DNA of 64,000 nucleotides from the IMG/VR virus record IMGVR_UViG_3300027733_000030, positions 32,001 through 96,000 of that record. The stretch is one strand, 5' to 3'. Position numbers and translations under genes: made by a program. Positions 52,101-60,500 of this stretch are shown in pieces. Under the pieces are notes generated by a model, which saw only the letters and a list, made by a program, of their open reading frames with translations, was not told the origin of the DNA and ran no database searches. This DNA is from a virus. Each line of letters begins with the position of its first letter. The stretch's first letter is position 1.

Positions 52101-55100
52101 TATCTCTAATAGCATCATTCTTAGCTTGCTCACCAGTAGTTAATGGCTCATAAAGAATATTTCCAAAATGTCTAATACCAAATCTATTTTCTGAAAATAC
52201 TGTACCCCTTGTTGCGTGTGCTAAAGCTTCTCGAGTTCTGGATGCACCCATAGATAGAAGTCTAACCATTAAGTCTCTGGGTTCAGACATGTACATTCCA
52301 GTATCTACGCCGCCATCAATTTTTCCACTATCGCCTTTTTTATTTGTTGAATTCATTACAGCACCTAATTCAATTGCATCAGATTGAGCTGTAATTGTAA
52401 CTATTTCACCTTGTTCAATATTTGTAATAACTCCATTAAATATTGTTTGCAGTGAATTTGGATTAGAGCCATATCCTGATCTTAGGTGAACTCTTACTCC
52501 CGGCTTTAGTCTTATATTAGCAATGTCGACAATATATTCGTTCCTCATATGGCCAAGAATATTTCTTGACATATTTAATGTTCTATCAATAATAGAGCTT
52601 ATTCCCTCAGTCAAGGATAATGAATCATTGGAGTTATCGTCTAGATTAGGATTAAATATTTTACTTGATTCATTTTTTGTCAGCTTGCTATAAAGATTTG
52701 AAACTCTAAATATTAATGTATCGCCCAATAGATCTTCTGAGCTTACTACTGAAAAATCTATGATTGATTGTAATCCGTAAAAATTATCAAATAATTTAAC
52801 ACCGGCAAACATTCCACCTTCATCTATTAACCATAACATATAGGTTGGGAATGCTCTAATCATTCTTCCTGATATATCTCTATATGATGAATCAACCATC
52901 ATAGTTTCCCAATGTGACTGCATGTCTCCATTGTATGAATTCTGGTATTCAGAAATAGCTTTTGCACCTGGGACTCCAGTGTTAACTGTTGTATTTCCAG
53001 TTTCAGGAGTTTGAACATCTTTTAAGTAATTAGTCTGAAGTTTTATAACACCTGAATTTGTTCCATCATTTTCATTGTTAACTTTTTTGATATTATCTCC
53101 TCCAGCAGTGAGATAGAATCTTCCATTGGATCTGACTTGGTATCCAAAATGCGTACCTGCTGCGGTTTGTAAAATAGATGGTATTTTACCTTCCATAACA
53201 TCTTTTGGATCGGATGCGGGTATTGCAAAAATTTGTTTATGAAAATCAACTTCATCAGGATCAAAGCTAACGTATTCTTCATTTGGTAGACTGAAAGCTC
53301 CAGTTATAGCAGCTTCTATGGATGTTGCATTAGATGCACTATTGGGGGATAAATCACCTTGTTGAAAAGGAGCTGCAATAACATCTTCGAAATAGGGATT
53401 TATTTCACTAGTTTCTTCTGCAAAAGTGATAAAGTCTGTTAGTAATTGCACATTTGCAGAATTACTGAACTCGGTATCTCCAGTAACTACGTTTCTAAAT
53501 ATATGTATAAATCTAGATAATCCAATTTGATTTGCAATTATATAATCTTTTATTTGATTAACAATTTCTTCAGTGGTTGTTTCATCTGCAGAATTATTAT
53601 ATAAAGTAATAAATTCTAAAATTTTTGCAGTGATACCAAGTACATCATAACCTTCTCCGCCAACTCCACCGGCTCCGTTTGAATGCGTATCAAAATTATA
53701 ATCTTGAATCTTCTGATGCTGGGTACTAAAACTATTAACAACGTCTTTATCAAACATTTCAAAACTTCTAAAATAAAAATCTGGATCTAGATGCCCTACA
53801 ACATCGCCACCAGAATTTTTCACACTCAAAGGAAAATCTGGATAAGAATTAAACGTTCCCCAGAATTGTTTAATTCTTAAAAATGGATTCTTTTTAGTAC
53901 TAAATTGATCTATTAGTTCTTTCTGTTGCGTGCTGCTAAGTTCTTCACGTTTTTGCTGAAATATATCAAAGTCTATTAAACTTAATTGAACATCATACGC
54001 GTGCGGGTAATTGGGTATTGTGCTAACACTGTAATTTAGTGGGAGGACATATTTAATACCGCACAAGGCAGTAATGATATTTTTAATACCCAAAAAACCA
54101 ATGACTCCAGTGGCGTGTTCTAATCTAGCTAATCCAGAAATATGATCAAATACATTTTTTAGTTTGATTAATTCTTTTTCGCCAATAACAGTCATTGATA
54201 TATTGATATTGCTATCTCTACCACCAATATGTTGATACGTTGGTTCATCTTGCATCTGAATTTGAAGTTTAGCAAGACTATTTCCCATGGAAACAGTTAC
54301 TCCATTAACTATAACGGATTGTGGATCTAAGTCGACTTGTATCATGGGCACTTCCCATTCTTTAAATTGGAACGCCCCAGCTCTTTCTCGGGCAGCCTCC
54401 ATTAAAGATTGAATTGGTCCACTCTTAAAGAACCTTTCATACAAGGTTGCACTAAATGCTTGTGCTAACTCTTTTCGAACCTTTGCATCAACAGCTGCTC
54501 TTGTATCATCTGTTATTTCATCTGCGGGGATTCCAATTTTATCTAATTTCTCTTTAGTCATTCCTTCTCTTAAATAGTCTAAATAAGATGAAGGATTTTC
54601 TGAAATTCTTTCCAAAGAAGTTCTTACAGCATTTAGTGATGTTTTTTCTAAGTATTTACCCTGAAAAATATAAGTAGCTTCTTCTGGATACAATAAAGAA
54701 TATGAATTATAACCATTCTTCAACCACTCTTGTTGTGCTGAAGTAACATTCTTGTTTTCTGCAATGAATGAGGCCACAAAATAGGCATAGGCTTGCTCTG
54801 CCATATTGTCAGAATTAATACCTGCCGTCAATATATTTACTGAGTCTTTGACAATATCTTTTGTTGCTTTGGAGAATGAACTTGAAAGTGATATGTCTTG
54901 GACTTCTTGTAGAGATACTCCATATGAAGTGCTTTGATTGATATCTATGCCTATACTAGACAATAAAGATTCCCATGTACCTTGGCCTAAATCTGTGTAC
55001 ATCTTTTCTTGTTTAGTTCTAAATGAAGATGTATCTGGTAAAAATATTTTTGTTTGGGTTTCCGCTGGGGCAAATAGGGATATATTATTTCCATTACGCC

Positions 55101-57090
55101 ATTCTGATATTACATTTATATTAATTGCACTATCAAATGCTCCAGATTGAGGAATCGTAGGAGTAGGCTCTGGTTGGGCATTGGGGTCTACAATCCCTAT
55201 TCCAAAACCAAAATCTATTCCTGTTTTTACAGTATTGTCTGCTTCTTTTACATCAGATTTTTTTAGTAAAAATTCTTCGTTGACATAATCATGCAGATGC
55301 CCTGCCGCTTTACCCATATATTGACGATACTTACCCCAGTGTATTGCTTGATTAAAATCTTTAATCATTGGAAGAAATGGTTGATGATTAAAATTCAAAA
55401 GTTCAAGATCAACCGCTAGGGCGAATGGATAATTAGGAATAGTGGAAACGGTCATGCTAGAAAGTGCTACTGCAGTTATTCCATGAACAACATTTAAGTA
55501 ATGATTCTTAATAGGAAGAAACGGAGAATATTTAAATGCTGCGACTAGTCCTCTCAGTGAAGAAAGAAATTTATCTATTTTTATTTCTGAATCTCCACCA
55601 TTTTTAAAGTCAATTTTAAATGTATCATTTAAATCTATTTGAGAAGCATTGTCTATTGACAATCCCCAAATTTCTTCATAGTTTGGAAAGAATAATCTCA
55701 TCCTAACACTAGTCTCTTTATAGCCAGAATTAAATTTTGGACTATTCTTTTGTCTAATTGCTGCTCCAGTAAGACTGCCAGTCTTGAAAGATGAATTAAC
55801 ATCTATTGATATAGGTGGAACATAAAAATTAGATGCACCTAATCTTAAGTGAAATATATCTGGAACGTTGGGAGCAATATTTGCTCTAAATGGAGAAGTC
55901 TCAAGAACATTTTTAATACGTTGTGATGTATTTGTAAATTTGTAAGCCATTTCAAAAATGGCTTTACCTTCTCTAGTTATACCAAAAGCTTTTTCTAGTG
56001 ACCTGGCAAAATCTTCAGGATTATTTAAAGTATCTTCTTCTCCGCCACCTTTGCCATTGTTAGAATAATCTCCAACTACTGCTAGTGCATCAACTAGGAA
56101 CGTTGTTAAGCTTGGAAAATAATAGGCAATTGACGCAAAAGCTAAAGGATCTTTTTTTAATTGCTGTACAGCTTCAGTCAATGAGATTAACCATGGCAGA
56201 TCTACTTCTGGGTTGATTACATTATCCGCAGAAGCTTTTAGGGTATCTTTACTTCTTAACCTTTTCTTAGCAAATTCAGATATTTCGTAAGCGTATGACG
56301 CTAAATTTAAAAGTCCTATGTCTTCCATTTTGCTAAATAGCATTGAGGAATTCGTGTCACTTAAATCTTTTATTGATTCACTAATTTTAGAAAATACTCG
56401 AAAATAAGATGTAGATGTATTAGTAGAATCTCTATTTCCAAAACCCGCACTCAATAATGCATCCCTGGGGTCATCTATATTAGGGCGAGCTTTAGATACA
56501 AAATTAAGAAAATCTAAATAGACTTGATCTTCCGGATTACTATCTTCTAACTTTTTTTCATCTTCAGAAGATTTAATCTGTTCAATGTTAGCTATTTCAG
56601 CTAGAACTGTATCATCAATATTTCTTCCATTTGCAGTAGTATTCCATAGCTGTAATCTGGCTAGTACCTTGCCCGCTAAAAGCTTTGTAATATTAGGGTA
56701 ATAACCTGTATAAGCGTACGTTGTAATAAAGTGATAAATTACATCGCTTTCGCTCTGCAGATATGGGTTAGCAATGTTGGTCGCATTTTGAACATAAGTA
56801 TTATACTCATCTATAATAATTGCTGTCTGTGAAGGAATTCCAACTATAAAAGTAGAAACAGCTATCCTATAGGCAACTAGCGCGTAGCTATCGCTTTCGC
56901 CATACTCAAGAAGATCTTTACCCTTATATTCATATTGGGCCAAACCACCTGGTGAACCATCATTAAAAAATCGAAATAATTCATCAGGACTAGTGCTTGG
57001 GTTGGATAATAATTGCGTTACCTGTTCATATAGGGCGGGATGTTCAACAACGTACTTTAGTACATTTTTAGATATTGTATTAATAGCCAT
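46102..57090 (-). CDS. 3662-aa multidomain baseplate hub (gp27/gpD-like) with C-terminal thermonuclease domain
   Basis: LKPGVRVHLRSGYGS...IFNGVI and ELIVIGNSDIRPHD...GIFEVEQVIHHF hub motifs; C-terminal VDGDT...VRFDGMNTSE...DQFSRTIG. Confidence 0.75.
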   Translation of the reverse strand: MAINTISKNVLKYVVEHPALYEQVTQLLSNPSTSPDELFRFFNDGSPGGLAQYEYKGKDLLEYGESDSYALVAYRIAVSTFIVGIPSQTAIIIDEYNTYVQNATNIANPYLQSESDVIYHFITTYAYTGYYPNITKLLAGKVLARLQLWNTTANGRNIDDTVLAEIANIEQIKSSEDEKKLEDSNPEDQVYLDFLNFVSKARPNIDDPRDALLSAGFGNRDSTNTSTSYFRVFSKISESIKDLSDTNSSMLFSKMEDIGLLNLASYAYEISEFAKKRLRSKDTLKASADNVINPEVDLPWLISLTEAVQQLKKDPLAFASIAYYFPSLTTFLVDALAVVGDYSNNGKGGGEEDTLNNPEDFARSLEKAFGITREGKAIFEMAYKFTNTSQRIKNVLETSPFRANIAPNVPDIFHLRLGASNFYVPPISIDVNSSFKTGSLTGAAIRQKNSPKFNSGYKETSVRMRLFFPNYEEIWGLSIDNASQIDLNDTFKIDFKNGGDSEIKIDKFLSSLRGLVAAFKYSPFLPIKNHYLNVVHGITAVALSSMTVSTIPNYPFALAVDLELLNFNHQPFLPMIKDFNQAIHWGKYRQYMGKAAGHLHDYVNEEFLLKKSDVKEADNTVKTGIDFGFGIGIVDPNAQPEPTPTIPQSGAFDSAININVISEWRNGNNISLFAPAETQTKIFLPDTSSFRTKQEKMYTDLGQGTWESLLSSIGIDINQSTSYGVSLQEVQDISLSSSFSKATKDIVKDSVNILTAGINSDNMAEQAYAYFVASFIAENKNVTSAQQEWLKNGYNSYSLLYPEEATYIFQGKYLEKTSLNAVRTSLERISENPSSYLDYLREGMTKEKLDKIGIPADEITDDTRAAVDAKVRKELAQAFSATLYERFFKSGPIQSLMEAARERAGAFQFKEWEVPMIQVDLDPQSVIVNGVTVSMGNSLAKLQIQMQDEPTYQHIGGRDSNINISMTVIGEKELIKLKNVFDHISGLARLEHATGVIGFLGIKNIITALCGIKYVLPLNYSVSTIPNYPHAYDVQLSLIDFDIFQQKREELSSTQQKELIDQFSTKKNPFLRIKQFWGTFNSYPDFPLSVKNSGGDVVGHLDPDFYFRSFEMFDKDVVNSFSTQHQKIQDYNFDTHSNGAGGVGGEGYDVLGITAKILEFITLYNNSADETTTEEIVNQIKDYIIANQIGLSRFIHIFRNVVTGDTEFSNSANVQLLTDFITFAEETSEINPYFEDVIAAPFQQGDLSPNSASNATSIEAAITGAFSLPNEEYVSFDPDEVDFHKQIFAIPASDPKDVMEGKIPSILQTAAGTHFGYQVRSNGRFYLTAGGDNIKKVNNENDGTNSGVIKLQTNYLKDVQTPETGNTTVNTGVPGAKAISEYQNSYNGDMQSHWETMMVDSSYRDISGRMIRAFPTYMLWLIDEGGMFAGVKLFDNFYGLQSIIDFSVVSSEDLLGDTLIFRVSNLYSKLTKNESSKIFNPNLDDNSNDSLSLTEGISSIIDRTLNMSRNILGHMRNEYIVDIANIRLKPGVRVHLRSGYGSNPNSLQTIFNGVITNIEQGEIVTITAQSDAIELGAVMNSTNKKGDSGKIDGGVDTGMYMSEPRDLMVRLLSMGASRTREALAHATRGTVFSENRFGIRHFGNILYEPLTTGEQAKNDAIRDSITGAFSIAGSNNSFMNKAVGITEGFSLNYRGNSLSAVGQLFSNFCAQVDLEIFKRNIYPGNGTGIAQFLGGDLDDGWSTASSLVKEDSYNDRTDGYLGRLTDSSWNKLIESSQMENYGLSDTGGNNTLDFLTQDNQLVNSDGRAGLVKGLFAGGITAGAAALGGMGVGAVAGAGLLGVIRGRGGTNLFRTLGIISPNSDDDLPGFDEVSFRAQTYMRTVWDLFEMCARLLPNYIVAVRPFEDRSTVFYGKPHWLYTSGVVPITTGFPGQEKAEELGIIAPQMKNPDQDLISILDKINKDTNPLADYAAFFQASEPSQTFQDMSQSMLTSSGIYAPTSSVVGKVINFYAQPSSTYYDPAAPTKILAKLPVSKGYVNVGLHLPYGVPNGGTQDSRPNQESKHQQLGNLPPRFSFPYFTANEDLPSDQLINSSFIDIAVDIKQFMNDSDGDHITEGNKDYYNNLLKLQSLEYIFFEQSKLTLIPSDDTINLDSPLNLAQLNFDALNLMPDYKVIKMPLPRMSGLGSRNAEGNIAANNVDDNFSFEYQKGNYGELTYQEWGSPATAEDEQFYIAMKWPYHPVSQSETSKIGADEDTISQFKSNYGFEDLYGTVKDYKSRKVLVYNPNNKRAVVCRPAYFLWGNEKTISTNDEQSQLSSAVVSPDAAYYLSIITRNSNEENMDVSAATGTDDGIKNMNNWRNSGFRPYPIMQECYMAFVPDETPVGVVSSSIAPAVNFSLKNQTGEIIDSEMGQVIGFGSFKPKEGSTNYATGSAFIDPSAPVVDFGFGTSAISNAFNNSLTRFSPIDTSLVSNVEGLQYGGNPLNVINEGDQKTYFQAVIDADYSSLGRDNLYQILDDELTTTGPDNSTGSGRVSFAEVYSPLDLISVEARSYYDENFDASVSVIAGDGRTLRMAEDIWDQFRFGYHTYESVKKIFFDTFSLDPDNENEFPDFYKNILTGSNYAGYTPIAHFNNSIGGTVGAVDEFAVLLGSDFTSNLNTVNDETNSSSADTFSDESYKAAIEFARQNYIDASIDQGGLIDYFNAVVVKSLGAIHDNFLSEKNTKLSNTLMFSLSSDSESPTLTAELVKKIKTPKQLFLLMVGIFRQRMWEDPYARAWLVLKPDRKKTGKDQWSFKPVDKIFRAFIDPYNDYAKPGKQDKFRQLLVSTRGEGNSATNIVGEVVDGINDFWNTNIGPIFTAISDGLTGLLSMFKLSMQQMGYALSEAGNFKKQANILNKALNDSIYYSLGRPGTLLRAVDNPFTREYGEPVMEVREPFQRLHYISSFSHILSNQIQENINNVATVITAVSDGKYPVTVALDKGAPAERQVEKTVETGIYFDNMVGSGFTGFLHPLMHPLETFRGVAKNVQGVPDELSARRVALSHLKESIKDIYGGELIVIGNSDIRPHDLIYLADVYERMYGIFEVEQVIHHFTAELGYITSITPNALVTVNDPARWFMTSWIHSWMNVQTIRNDTRIYLDRIKSGNSGISVGGNISMDALGQALSPQILGGFQFTHGSSALVKDVMANQTAQSMPDVKDQLIKQGQATGQGAAPGFAILAGGLAAGALLGAVTPAGLVGAAIGGPLVGQLAWKGWSWVRDKVLDQHGCYVQYLNRNGQPMDAGLSYNQGMVVGKYHSKALLPGILGVRAKVRTPEGNAYIRSDDLFKSLGWNESQITDLVRYTSYENALVHGKILKLAGLGPEKAGLEPQFKILCKVIHFVDGDTIEVEDVLSGATFKVRFDGMNTSEINTMEGKVGYPDTPTNPINANDNLSLLDVSTPGGKAKLFTIKALTDKIFVLRVNPTRTGTTAVLEQDYEAGASQNIDANYVKDQFSRTIGTIFYYLPEENIGKHKVNINNLFRDNIGSLDTVLSKVQDDMYDQSPFRIKFNEIYNNIESTIKENYFDNLDDQDPLYGLSQENINKYNILVYMKILEEIYNLVSEWPQVSWDEYFENGHPYTLNWELVVNNLARVYVKDLQKESQSTITAGESAAMPIEVGTPG

Positions 57091-57098
57091 ATATTATC

Positions 57099-57542
57099 CT
57101 ATTTAAACATCATATTATTTTTAACGATATTATTAATTTTATTGCTGGAAGATCCAGTTGCTGAACTAGAAGTGTAATTATCCATTATACTATATTTTTT
57201 ATCAATGGGAGGCATATTAAAATTAAACCTATGATTATTATGAGATATTTGATTTTTATTATATCTGGCTTTTTGAAGTGACTTATTATCATATCCCCTG
57301 CCATTCATTTGTAGGACAGTTGAGGAACTATGCTGTAGTCCTTCGTAGGAACCTTTTAGTTTGTCTGAATTGGATTGTCTAATATTATTCTTAGACTCAC
57401 CAACAGCTTTTGTCGGAGATGATTTACTGGAGGAAATTTTAGCAGAGTAGTTATCCGCATTTTCTTTTCTGTGGGAAGTGTCCCTGGGGCGACTAGCTGC
57501 GTCACTGAGCCTTTTATTCTGATCGCCTGCACCAAAAATCAT
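57099..57542 (-). CDS. basic, low-complexity hypothetical protein
   Basis: ORF track; Ser/Lys/Asn-rich. Confidence 0.55.
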   Translation of the reverse strand: MIFGAGDQNKRLSDAASRPRDTSHRKENADNYSAKISSSKSSPTKAVGESKNNIRQSNSDKLKGSYEGLQHSSSTVLQMNGRGYDNKSLQKARYNKNQISHNNHRFNFNMPPIDKKYSIMDNYTSSSATGSSSNKINNIVKNNMMFK

Positions 57543-57554
57543 AAATACCTAACC

Positions 57555-60500
57555 TTAATAGTTGGCTGCCATTTCTTTGTATGGATCATGAGCCACATCG
57601 GGGATTCTATTATACATAGTAGTACTCATATTGCCATTAACCAACCCTCCGGCAGCAGCATTAAATCTTCTTACGGTGTCTTGATCTCCATATAGGTTTA
57701 CTTTATAGCTAACCCCTGAATCATAACCGGGACCACTAAAGGTTCCTATTTGTGGTACTCTATTTGGGTAACCACTCTCGTATGCCGAACCGCCAGGAAG
57801 TAAAGGGGGACCAGTCATATCATCATGTGTTCTATCTCTAATCGCTGTATAGGCTAAGCTGCCTGCTATTAAAGCTCCAATTGCTAAGGTACCTTTTCTA
57901 ATAGTCGGATTTTTAAAGAGATCTTTAAGATCTCCCATTTTTTCCCCTATTCTCTTATATACAGCCTTATTCTTTACGAGTCCATCATCTAATTCACGAA
58001 CAGACCTAATCATATCATCCGTTAGACCATGATCATCTCCGAATTCTCGTATAGCATCTTCCATGTTGGCAATGGTGCCGTTTTTCATTTCCGTATCTAT
58101 AAATCCACTATCTTCTAATTCTCTCTTCTTCATTTGAGCTCTTATTACGGCAGCTTGGTGGTTTGCATCTTTTCTGACCATTTCATCAGCAATTTGTTCA
58201 GACTCATTTGTTAAAGCCCTAAGAGTATCAGTATGTTCGTGGCTTGCAGCTATTACATCAAACATATTTTTTGATCCATTATCCACTCTTTTTTGAGCTT
58301 CATTAATAGCTTTTAATCTTTTTTCAGCTTCTTGAGTAAGTTCTTCCATAGTAGTTTTATTGCCCAAGCTACCTTGAACTTCATTAGCATAGTCTTGATG
58401 AAAACCTTCATAAAATTTTGCTCTTCTATAATCTCTTACTCGTTGAATCTGTGATGCTGTTTGTTGAGCTTCATCTGACATTGTTGAATCGTATGCTGAA
58501 CTTAAGTGCCTAAGGCCACCGATATCTACCCTGGAACCTACTCCGCGGGTTTGTTTATCTATAGAGTTTACAAGATCTGCCATGTTAACATTTTCAAGTT
58601 TTGATGCTTGACCAATGTCACGTAATACTTTTTCTCCAACACTATCCAACATAGCTGCGTGGTTATGTTTTTCGAGTTCAGTCATCTCCTTAAGATGATT
58701 ATTTGTAACATTAAAAATTTGTTCTAAAGAATCTTTATGAGTTTCAAGAATTTTTCGCGCAACTGATTCAGCTTCAGCGGATGTTGAAGTTGAAGCTAGA
58801 ATGTCATCTGCGCCAATACGAGATATTGAAGCCCTTCTTACTGAATCTAAATACGCTTCATATCTAGTTCCTACGTCATGTATTTTTGAAATAGATGAAT
58901 ATTTATGATCGGCGCCTAGACCAATTTTTTCTATTAAAGCTTTTTTTATTTTATCTTCATCATTAGTAGCAGAAAGGGCTTTTAGTTCTTCTATAAGTTT
59001 ATCTAAATCAACTGTTGTTGCGTGTTGATTCCTTTGTGCGTCTTGCATGCCTGTAATCATATTATCTAGAATTAATTTAGTATCACTACCTTTAACTCTT
59101 TCCCTTAATAAGAATTCATCTATACCTAAAAGATTTTCTTGATCCCCCCCCACTGCTCTAGAATAACCAATCATTTTGCCAAGGTTAGCCATACTTTTTT
59201 CTCCAAAAATATCAAGAGTAATACCTTTGTCCCCAGCGCCAGCAAGTCCCAGTTCTCCTAATGCTTTTTGAATGCCTTGATCTTTATAAAATATAGCATC
59301 TGTTTTAGATAACATTTCCCCAACTGCCCCATGCAGTTTTCTTGTTCCAGCAAAGTTTACAGAAAGGTCAATTGCTGTTTCCTGTGATAGCATTCCTATT
59401 TTATAATTTTGAAGCATGTAGTCTTGGACTTTTTTATCTGCGCCCTTTAAAAAAGCTTCATATTGATTTAATGATGAACCTACGGCCATAGATCTGTTCA
59501 CATATAGACCAAGTATATCTCCACCCTCTATTGCCTTTTTCATACCGACTTGTTCAAATGCAGATGCAAAAGCTGCCCTTAATGTAGGATCTTTTTCAAA
59601 TCCGTTAACTTCCATTAAATGCATCATGTGTTCAAATTGACTTAATTGTCTTTGTTTTCCTTCAACAAAATAAGTGCCTGCTTTAGCAGTTTCTAATTGC
59701 TTTAAAACTGCTGGATTAACGTTATTCTGCTTCATTACATCCAACAGGTCACTTCCCATATCAAAAGCGCCAGATTTAGTAAATGCTTTGAATACACCAT
59801 TCCTTGTATATGCTGGTTCTACACCTATATCCGCAACTGTTAAAGCCGAAGATCCATATTTAGCTATTCTTGCTTGCATATCTGGAGTTAGTCTTTGAAG
59901 TTTTGTTTTTCCGGTCTGTTCAAGTCTTTGATATACATCATAAATTCCTTGTTCAAAATAATCTGCAGAAAGTGGTTTTTCAACTACTTTTCCTTTTTTG
60001 ATTTCTGTATGTGTTTTATCTAATACTTCTTGCAAATAAGTATATGTTCTTCTTTTTTGGGCATTAAGTGATGTGTCGGCTGCTAGTTCGTCTAGCGCAT
60101 TTCTAAAATGTCTTACTGCAAATACATCTTCTCCGCCACCAAACAAACCTCTAATAGTTTCTTGATCCATATTCATTCGAGCAAAAATTAATTCTTCAGG
60201 ACCTGATGGTTGACGGAAAATTGAAAATCCTAAACGATTCATTCCCGCATTATCTTGATACGTCAATAGCTTAGGTAGACCTTTGTCGTCTAAGTCAAAT
60301 CCACCAAGTGCATGTCTATAAGGTCCAATGGCATCAGCCGAAAACATCATCTTGTGGCCACTAACTCTGAATTTTAGGATATCATGATCGATATCTCCTA
60401 CTCCAGCCATAGATATTCTGTCATAACCTCTGCCTTTATTGAGTAACATTTTTCCTTCTTTTGTTCCCAAAACTCCAGCTTCACTGTCAATAGCAAACCG

